NCBI GenBank assembly: GCA_963743305.1
Contig: CAVUPH010000014.1
Coordinates: forward strand, 192,001-256,000
Source: an uncultured delta proteobacterium
Lineage (GTDB): Bacteria; Desulfobacterota; RBG-13-43-22
Direction: 5' to 3'
Length of the DNA: 64,000 bases
The position numbers and the translations under genes are program-made. The notes beneath the pieces are model-generated. The model was not told the origin of the DNA. It saw only the letters and a program-made list of their open reading frames with translations, and did not search any database. Shown here piece after piece: positions 57,206-64,000 of this stretch; within the stretch, counting starts at the first letter, position 1, and each line of letters opens with the position of its first letter.

Positions 57206-57370
57206 ATTTAGAGATGCCTAAGCAAAAATCTTCCCAAATGCGCCAACCGTTTGAGTAAAAAAGCCCAATTCTCTTACTACAGCAATTAGAGTAAGATCAA
57301 AAAATAAAAAAGTCAAACTATTTTTTTAACAGATACAACCTGTTAAGCCACCCCCTGCTTTTCCATTTCT

Positions 57371-58000
57371 TTATCCTTGCTTAAAGGCCATCCCGATCAG
57401 GGGATAGACCACCATTCCAGCTAAAACCGCCGCATCTTCGGCAATTAAATACCGGGCGATGCTGGCATCGAACAGAACGTTGCCGTCCGGTGGGAACTCG
57501 TCATCTCCGGCCCAGAGGATCAGGCAGACCGGGATCTTGGGGAAAGCCTGAAAACAGATACAGACATCCCCTTCCTCTCTTTCGACCCCGCCCTGTTGAA
57601 CCCCCAATTCGGCCAAGAGCCGAGGCCGGTGACCGAAAGTCTTGACCAGGGGCTCTTTGGCCCGCTGGACAAAAGCCGAGTAATAGAACTCGCCGGAAGG
57701 GATCTCTCGGAAGGTGATCCATTGTCCGGCCAACGGGATTCCCGGGGCCTTCAGCAGGTAATGGAGGATCAAAACCTGTTCCTGCAGGGAAAGCTCTTTG
57801 GCCGGGTCCGGTCCCTGAACCTGGCCTTCCGGCCAGGCTATGGTAATCGTCTTATCCATAAACTGAAGCTGCAGGCGAGTCCCGTCCGGTCCCTGTTGGC
57901 AGGCTGCCCCGCTGAGGACAGCCGCCTGTTGGGGGTCCTGCTTGGCCCACTCCTCCCGGGCCAGTGCCAGGGCATTCTTATAATCGTCTATTCGGGACAT
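57371..58000 (-). CDS. DUF3786-family protein
   Basis: LILHYL, WITFREIPSG.FY..F, AFPKIP...LW.GDDEFPP...LFD..I..YL..ED; ATG 58000 after AAAGGA. Confidence 0.85.
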   Translation of the reverse strand: MSRIDDYKNALALAREEWAKQDPQQAAVLSGAACQQGPDGTRLQLQFMDKTITIAWPEGQVQGPDPAKELSLQEQVLILHYLLKAPGIPLAGQWITFREIPSGEFYYSAFVQRAKEPLVKTFGHRPRLLAELGVQQGGVEREEGDVCICFQAFPKIPVCLILWAGDDEFPPDGNVLFDASIARYLIAEDAAVLAGMVVYPLIGMAFKQG

Positions 58001-60327
58001 GAAGCGTCCTTTATCCGGCACAAGGTGCAGAGGGTCTTATCTTTCAAGTCAATAATCCGGTATCCCCTGGCGCAAATCTGGTCACGAATCCGGTCGGCCT
58101 CGGTGAACTCTTTGCGCTGCCGGGCCTGCTCCCGTTGCTCCAGCATATCCCGCACTTCTAAAGGGAGCTCCCGGTCCGGAAAATCAAAAATTTCCAATAC
58201 GGTGTTGGTCTGCTTTAAGACCGAATCGATCTCCAGGAACTCTTCAGGGGTAATCCGCTTTTCAATGAACACCGGATTCAGAGCGCGGATGAGTTTGAAG
58301 AGGGCCGACAGGGCCGCCGCAATATTCAGATCGTCGTCCATGGCCCGCTTAAACCGGGTTTTGAAAAGATAAAGGGCCTCGCCGACCTCCGGATGCTCTT
58401 CTTGCCCCGCTTGCTGGGAATAAAGTTTCTGGACGAATTCATCCAGGCGTTTTAATGTCTTCCGGGACGTCTCCAGGGTTTTAAGAGAAAAATGAAGGGG
58501 TTTGCGATAGTGAGTGGACAGCAGCCAGTACCGGACTTCCCGACCGGTGTAGCCCTGGTTCAAAAGGTCCCGCAAGGTGATCACATTCCCGCCGGCCGGG
58601 GAAATCTTTTTCCCTTCCACGTAAACCAGATCGCTGTGCAGCCAGTAGTTCACGAATTTCTTGCCGGTGGCCGCTTCGCTGATGGCGATTTCGTTTTCAT
58701 GATGGGGGAATACCAGATCCATCCCGCTGGTATGGATGTCAAAGGTTTCTCCCAAATATTTTAAGGCCATGGCCGAACATTCCACATGCCAGCCCGGACG
58801 CACATTCCCCCACTCGGTAACGAAATAGATCCCTTTCTTGAGTTCCGAAAGGTTGGTGCGCTTCAGCAAAGTGAAATCCCGGGGGTTGTCTTTTTCATAT
58901 TCATCCAGGTCTACGGTTTTCCCGAGCTGGATTTTTTTTAAGTCAACCCGGGACAAGTGGCCATAAGGCTTAAAACGGGAGATATCAAAGTAAACCGAGC
59001 GGAACTTTTCATAGGCATACCCTTTTTTCAAGAGTTCCCGGGACAGGGCGATCATGTCCTCCACGTGCTCACTGGCCTTAGGATAATGGGACGCCCGTTT
59101 AATCCGCAAGGTGTCGATATCGCTTAAAAACGCCTGGGTGAAATACCCGGTGAAGGCCTCCAGGGTCTGGTTGGCTTCTTCGGCTCCGCGTATCGTCCGG
59201 TCATGAAGGTCGGTAATATTCATGACATGTTGGACTTCCAACCCCTTGAATTCCAGGTAGCGGCGCAGCAAATCGGCCATGACAAAGCGGCGGCAATTCC
59301 CCAGATGAATCAAAGCGCTGACAGTGGGACCGCAGGAATAAATGGAAACCCGGTTTTCCTTGAGGGGGACAAAATTTTCCTTTTCCCGGCTCAGGGTGTT
59401 ATAAAAAACCAGCCCGTTTTTTTCCTTTTCATCGAAGAGCGTGGTGCTCAGATAGCGTTCCCCGCCGTCCGGGCAGATGACCACAATCAGGCCTTTCTTG
59501 AGTTGCTGGGCCTTTTGGAGGGCTACGAATACGGCTCCTCCTGAACTCATCCCCAGCAGAAGGCCTTCTTCCCTGGCCAGCTTCCGGACCGTTTCAAAGG
59601 CCTCTTCATCCTCCACGTTGACCACTTCGTCCAAAATACTCTTGTCATAGATACCGGGCTTATACGATTCCTTCATATTTTTCAGGCCCTGGATCTTATG
59701 ACCCAAATAAGGCTCCACGCCGACTATTTTTATGTTCGGGTTAAATTCCTTGAGCCGCTTGGTCAGGCCCATCAGAGTTCCGGTGGTCCCCATGGTGGCC
59801 ACCACCATGGTCACCTTGCCCCCGGTCTGCTCCCAGATTTCCCGGCCGGTGCCGTGGTAGTGGGCCATGATGTTGTCCTGGTTATTAAACTGGTCCGGCA
59901 AGAAATAGCGTTCCGGGTTCTCCCGAGCCATTTGATAGACCTTTTCGATGGCCCCATCGGTGCCCAGGTGAGCCGGCGTCAGGAGGATCTTGGCCCCGTA
60001 GGCCCGGAGGATCTTTTGGCGTTCAATGCTGGCCGATTCGGGCATAGCCAGAAGCAGCGGATACCCCCTGACGGCAGCTACCAGGGCCAGGCCGATTCCG
60101 GTGTTTCCCGAGGTGGCTTCAATAATGGTTTTATCCTTAGTCAAGGTGCCGCTTTTTTCCGCACCCTCCACCATGGACAAGGCGACGCGGTCCTTGATCG
60201 ATCCGCCAGGATTAAAGGACTCGATCTTAGCCCAGACCGCCGCCTTCTTATTGAGATTAAGTCGATTCAATTTGATCAATGGGGTATGGCCGATGAGGCT
60301 GGTTATGTCGGGAAAGGCTTGTTTCAT
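57988..60327 (-). CDS. cysS: Fusion of cysteine synthase (CysK/CysM, PLP) and cysteinyl-tRNA synthetase
   Basis: N-terminal NPGGSIKDR, EATSGNTG, GTTGT, PDGGERYLST; C-terminal YSCGPTV...HLGN, RPGWHVECSAM, DLVFPHHENE, AMDDDLN, ADRIRD; a single frame. Confidence 0.9.
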   Translation of the reverse strand: MKQAFPDITSLIGHTPLIKLNRLNLNKKAAVWAKIESFNPGGSIKDRVALSMVEGAEKSGTLTKDKTIIEATSGNTGIGLALVAAVRGYPLLLAMPESASIERQKILRAYGAKILLTPAHLGTDGAIEKVYQMARENPERYFLPDQFNNQDNIMAHYHGTGREIWEQTGGKVTMVVATMGTTGTLMGLTKRLKEFNPNIKIVGVEPYLGHKIQGLKNMKESYKPGIYDKSILDEVVNVEDEEAFETVRKLAREEGLLLGMSSGGAVFVALQKAQQLKKGLIVVICPDGGERYLSTTLFDEKEKNGLVFYNTLSREKENFVPLKENRVSIYSCGPTVSALIHLGNCRRFVMADLLRRYLEFKGLEVQHVMNITDLHDRTIRGAEEANQTLEAFTGYFTQAFLSDIDTLRIKRASHYPKASEHVEDMIALSRELLKKGYAYEKFRSVYFDISRFKPYGHLSRVDLKKIQLGKTVDLDEYEKDNPRDFTLLKRTNLSELKKGIYFVTEWGNVRPGWHVECSAMALKYLGETFDIHTSGMDLVFPHHENEIAISEAATGKKFVNYWLHSDLVYVEGKKISPAGGNVITLRDLLNQGYTGREVRYWLLSTHYRKPLHFSLKTLETSRKTLKRLDEFVQKLYSQQAGQEEHPEVGEALYLFKTRFKRAMDDDLNIAAALSALFKLIRALNPVFIEKRITPEEFLEIDSVLKQTNTVLEIFDFPDRELPLEVRDMLEQREQARQRKEFTEADRIRDQICARGYRIIDLKDKTLCTLCRIKDASCPE

Positions 60328-60330
60328 GGG

Positions 60331-60666
60331 TTATCGCCGCCCAAATCCGGACGGCTTTCTCCTTTTAGGACGATTGATTTTTTCGAACAAGGCAACTTGC
60401 TCAACCAGGGAAAGTTTACCCCGAACCGGTTTCCGGCCGGCCCGGCAGAGGCGGCAACGGTCCTGGGAACAACCTTGACAGTAATGGCAATCCGGGCATT
60501 TTTTTCGTTTCTTTCCGGTCGGATGACCGGCTGAGGGTCGGATCTCTTCAAAGGGTATTAATCGCTGGCTTTGGTCCGGTCCGGTTATTCCGCTTATTTT
60601 TTCCCTTAGCGCGCTGCGCGTCTTCTTTTTAACGCCCGGGCTTTTTGTTTTTACCCCGCTGCTCAT
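60331..60666 (-). CDS. Small Cys-rich protein (CxxCxxCxxC...CxxC); start uncertain
   Basis: KKCPDCHYCQGCSQDRCRLCR...KLSLVEQVALFEKIN; ends 3 nt before the cysK-cysS start. Confidence 0.65.
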   Translation of the reverse strand: MSSGVKTKSPGVKKKTRSALREKISGITGPDQSQRLIPFEEIRPSAGHPTGKKRKKCPDCHYCQGCSQDRCRLCRAGRKPVRGKLSLVEQVALFEKINRPKRRKPSGFGRR

Positions 60667-60705
60667 ACCCTCTGCGCTGGACTTACGGTACTCCGCCCCA
60701 GATGG

Positions 60706-62535
60706 CTATTCCACGGTTACGCTCTTAGCCAGGTTTCTGGGCTGATCCACATCCGTGCCCCGCAGCACGGCGACGTGGTAGGCCAGAAGCTGCAGCGGGA
60801 TGGTGAAGAGGATCGGGGAAAGCGTCCAATGGATCTTAGGAACCCGCAGCAGGTCATCCGCTCCGATCCTGAACCCGGCTCCTTCCTCCTGATCGGTCAG
60901 GGCGATGATCTTCCCGCCCCGGGCCTTGACCTCCTGCAGATTGCTTTGCACCTTTTCCAGGATCTCGTTTTCCGGCAACAGAAGCACCGTGGGCAGGTCC
61001 TCGTCAATTAGCGCAATCGGACCATGTTTCATCTCCCCGGCCGGATAGCCTTCGGCATGGATATAAGAAATTTCTTTGAGTTTTAAGGCCCCCTCCAGGG
61101 CGATGGGGTAATGAATCCCCCGTCCTAGAAAAAGAAAGTCCTGGGCCTGAAAGTACCTTTGGGCCACCGCCTGAATCAGCCCTTCTTTTTCCAGGATCTC
61201 CTCGACGCCGCGGGGCAGAAGCAACAGGTCCCGGGCGACCCGGAGGCGCTCTTCCGCTGAAACGCAGCCGAGCTCCTGGCCGATATGCAGGCTCAGGAGC
61301 GTTAGGGCGACCAATTGGGTGGTAAAGGCCTTGGTGGAGGCCACCCCGATCTCCGGTCCGGCGTGAGTATAAATTACCCCATCCGCTTCCCGGGCCAGGG
61401 TGCTGCCCACCACGTTGCAGATGGCCAGGATCCGGGCGCCCTTGGCCCGCCCTTCCCGCATAGCGGCTAGGGTATCGGCTGTCTCGCCGGATTGGGAGAT
61501 CAGAATAATCAGGGTCTGGGGATTGATGATCGGGTTCCGATAACGGTATTCGGAACCGTAATCCACCTCCACTGGGAGGCGGCAGTATTCCTCAATAAGA
61601 AACTTGGCCACCAGTCCGGCATGCCAGGAGGTCCCGCAGGCCACAATAACCACCCTGCTGATCTTCCGGAGTTCCCCGGCCTCCAGCCCGAACTCCGGCA
61701 GCGTCACCTGCCCGGTTTCCGGTGAAATCCTACCTCGGAAAGTATCAATGATGCATTGGGGTTGCTCAAAAATCTCCTTCTGCATGAAGTGCTTGAAGCC
61801 GGCCTTCTCGGCCATAACCGGGTTCCAGGAAATCTTCTGAACCGGTTTTTCAATTTTTTCTTTTTTCCAGTTGAATATCGCGGGATGAGGCAAGGTCAGG
61901 ACGGCCAGGTCCCCATCTTCCAGGTAAATGACCCGGTCGGTATGATGCAAAAAAGCCAGAATATCGGAAGCTACGAAAAGCTCGCCTTCCCCAAGCCCGA
62001 GGATCAGCGGGCATTCTTTCCGCACGGCAATCATGGTCCGGGGGTCTTTTTGATGGAGGATCACCAGGGCATAGGACCCCTTAATATCCTCCAGTGCTCT
62101 CCGGACCGCCTGAACCAGGTCCAGATCCCGGGCGTATTTATCGATGAGATGCGCCACGATCTCCGAATCGGTTTCCGAAGAAAAGCGATGCCCTTCCCCC
62201 ATGAGTTGATTTTTCAACTCCAGATAGTTCTCAATGATCCCGTTGTGGACCACGGCGATTTGTCCGGACACATGCGGGTGGGCATTGGTTTCCGAGGGCC
62301 GTCCATGGGTGGCCCAGCGGGTATGACCGATACCGATTCGACCGACCAGGGGATCACGGGCCAGGATCGCCCCCAACTTGTTTAATTTGCCCTCGCTGCG
62401 GCGAATGGCAAACCCTTCATCCTGAATCACCGCAATCCCGGCCGAGTCATACCCCCGATATTCCAGGCGCTGCAACCCCTCATAGATGATCCCCACCGGA
62501 TCCTTTGGCCCTAAATATCCTATAATCCCACACAT
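60706..62535 (-). CDS. glmS: Glutamine-fructose-6-phosphate transaminase
   Basis: MCGIIG; GHTRWATHG; SQSGET; DQPRNLAKSVTVE. Confidence 0.98.
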   Translation of the reverse strand: MCGIIGYLGPKDPVGIIYEGLQRLEYRGYDSAGIAVIQDEGFAIRRSEGKLNKLGAILARDPLVGRIGIGHTRWATHGRPSETNAHPHVSGQIAVVHNGIIENYLELKNQLMGEGHRFSSETDSEIVAHLIDKYARDLDLVQAVRRALEDIKGSYALVILHQKDPRTMIAVRKECPLILGLGEGELFVASDILAFLHHTDRVIYLEDGDLAVLTLPHPAIFNWKKEKIEKPVQKISWNPVMAEKAGFKHFMQKEIFEQPQCIIDTFRGRISPETGQVTLPEFGLEAGELRKISRVVIVACGTSWHAGLVAKFLIEEYCRLPVEVDYGSEYRYRNPIINPQTLIILISQSGETADTLAAMREGRAKGARILAICNVVGSTLAREADGVIYTHAGPEIGVASTKAFTTQLVALTLLSLHIGQELGCVSAEERLRVARDLLLLPRGVEEILEKEGLIQAVAQRYFQAQDFLFLGRGIHYPIALEGALKLKEISYIHAEGYPAGEMKHGPIALIDEDLPTVLLLPENEILEKVQSNLQEVKARGGKIIALTDQEEGAGFRIGADDLLRVPKIHWTLSPILFTIPLQLLAYHVAVLRGTDVDQPRNLAKSVTVE

Positions 62536-62550
62536 AGTGACTCCTGATCC

Positions 62551-63555
62551 TTATGTCTTAATAACAGGAACGTCCGTTTTCCGAGCGGTTACCCTTCGAT
62601 CCTTGATATGGGAAAAAGGAGGCACGCTGACGCTCTCATCCAGAACTGCATTTTCAAGGATTACCTGGGAAGACACCAGACAGCGTCTGCCAATGCGTGT
62701 TCGGCCTGCGATAACCGTGAAGGATCCAATGGTGGTGTCCGGTCCGATTTTAACGGTCTTTTCGATATAGGTATTTTCCGGATCCAATAAAGTGACCCCT
62801 TGTTTCATCCATTCCGCGTTGATTTGCCTTCTCAGGATCTGGCCGGTTCGGGCCAATTCCGTTCGATCATTGATCCCCAGTACTTCCTCGGATTGAGGAT
62901 GGAGCAGCACCGAAACCGACTGCCCGGATTCCCGGGCTAGTTGGATGACATCGGTCAAATAATATTCCCCCTGCCGGTTTTTTCGGGAGAGCTTAGGCAG
63001 GGCGGCAAAAAGAAATCCGGAGTCAAAGCAATAGATCCCGGCATTCACTTCCTGAATCAGACGTTCTTCCGGGGTGGCATCTTTTTCCTCAACGATTCGC
63101 TTTAGCTCGCCCTGGGGATCCCGGAGGATGCGACCGTAGCCCAGCGGCTGAAGTAATCGGGTGCTCAACAGCGTAACCGGGGATTTCTTCTTCCGGTGGG
63201 TTCGAATGATTTCTCCCAGGGTCTCCTTCTTGAGCAAAGGAACGTCTCCGGACAAGACCAGGATTATTCCGGGAAAAGAAGACAGAACCCTGGAGGTCTG
63301 CCGCACCGCGTGGCCGGTCCCCAACTGGGGGGTCTGGATGACGAAGGTCAAACCCGGACGGTCAAAAGCCTGGCGCACCTGTTCCGCCTGGTGGCCGATG
63401 ACCACCACCGTTTTTTCGGGCCTCAGAGCGTTGGCCGCGTCCAAAACGTAGCCTAATAACGGCCGTCCCAACAAAGGATGGAGGACTTTGGCCCGGTCCG
63501 ATTTCATCCGGGTCCCTTTTCCGGCCGCTAAAATGATAATCGCTAAGGAAGACAT
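62551..63555 (-). CDS. glmU: GlmU-type uridyltransferase with truncated acetyltransferase domain
   Basis: LAAGKGTRMKS, QLGTGHAV, IVEEKDA, GEYYLTD, GINDR; only a few hexapeptide turns; 334 aa. Confidence 0.85.
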   Translation of the reverse strand: MSSLAIIILAAGKGTRMKSDRAKVLHPLLGRPLLGYVLDAANALRPEKTVVVIGHQAEQVRQAFDRPGLTFVIQTPQLGTGHAVRQTSRVLSSFPGIILVLSGDVPLLKKETLGEIIRTHRKKKSPVTLLSTRLLQPLGYGRILRDPQGELKRIVEEKDATPEERLIQEVNAGIYCFDSGFLFAALPKLSRKNRQGEYYLTDVIQLARESGQSVSVLLHPQSEEVLGINDRTELARTGQILRRQINAEWMKQGVTLLDPENTYIEKTVKIGPDTTIGSFTVIAGRTRIGRRCLVSSQVILENAVLDESVSVPPFSHIKDRRVTARKTDVPVIKT

Positions 63556-63607
63556 AGTTTTTTTTAATGCCGCTGGCTAAAAAAGGCAAGGCAAAAGAAA
63601 GAATCCA

Positions 63608-64000
63608 TCAACTTACGGGCCGCAGGATGATAAACCCGGAAATAAATCTGGGGTCTGCTTTTCCGCCGGACGGGATCCCTCCCAGTTCGGCCTTCAGTTT
63701 ATTAATCAAGAACTCTAACCACCAGCGTAGAACTTCCTCTTCAGTGGGCGATAACTCCGGCCCCTTATCCGTGAATAAGCGATATCCGAGCTGAAATACT
63801 TTTGACTCGGCTGTCAGAGGAAGTCCGGCTTCCGGGTTTTGCTCAAAAAACAGACCCTTCACCCGCTTCCAATCTTCAAGGGTCAGCGGTTGCAACACGG
63901 TCTGCCCGCGCAGCATCCGGTTAGCCAAGACGGTCAAACAAACAGCGCTGAGTGGGGGGTCGGGTTGATAAAGAGAAACCGTGGAAAGGCTGTTGATCTC
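63608..64000 (-). CDS. Conserved hypothetical protein, C-terminal part (possibly DUF6178-like)
   Basis: Frame is open to the window edge; ends ELGGIPSGGKADPRFISGFII. Confidence 0.55.
   Translation of the reverse strand, partial: EINSLSTVSLYQPDPPLSAVCLTVLANRMLRGQTVLQPLTLEDWKRVKGLFFEQNPEAGLPLTAESKVFQLGYRLFTDKGPELSPTEEEVLRWWLEFLINKLKAELGGIPSGGKADPRFISGFIILRPVS

Noticed and set aside
60324-60551. Alternative 75-aa ORF overlapping the cysK-cysS start
   Set aside because: The overlapping frame with the six-Cys motif is far more protein-like.
1-64000. CRISPR arrays, tRNA/rRNA genes, transposases, prophage genes
   Set aside because: No regularly spaced repeats, cloverleafs or mobile-element ORFs were seen; nearly all sequence is accounted for by housekeeping and flagellar genes.

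Overview
About 55% GC bacterial DNA, most consistent with Desulfobacterota (former Deltaproteobacteria); this is inferred from the futalosine pathway, a CysK-CysRS fusion, DUF3786 and the gene order of the flagellar cluster. There are four blocks. (1) 1-3.3 kb, minus strand: MFS transporter (one frameshift), Zn-dehydrogenase and a DUF3842-type gene, with an unusually structured upstream region that includes a twice-repeated, covarying RNA-like motif. (2) 3.4-13.4 kb: TetR followed by a futalosine-pathway menaquinone operon (mqnE, mqnC, an atypical MTAP-fold enzyme, amidohydrolase, UbiD, UbiA) and a NitT/TauT-type ABC importer; mqnA, mqnB, mqnD and ubiX are absent. (3) 13.5-57.2 kb: a nearly complete hook-basal body flagellar cluster without flagellin, cap or stator genes. 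It has two sigma54 activators (one with Glu at the phosphoacceptor), a FliX-like protein, at least six sigma54 promoters with two distinct enhancer classes, a sigma28 promoter, and a frameshifted flgK. (4) 57.4-64 kb, minus strand: truncated glmU, glmS, a Cys-rich small protein, a CysK-CysRS fusion with a degenerate KMSKS motif, and DUF3786. I found no tRNA, rRNA, CRISPR array or transposase. The best candidates for new biology are a FliX/FlbD-like flagellar checkpoint outside Alphaproteobacteria, a variant TetR-controlled futalosine pathway with a putative non-orthologous MqnB and precursor importer, the duplicated RNA-like motif, and the degenerate CysK-CysRS fusion. All family calls come from recognising motifs by eye; no searches were run.
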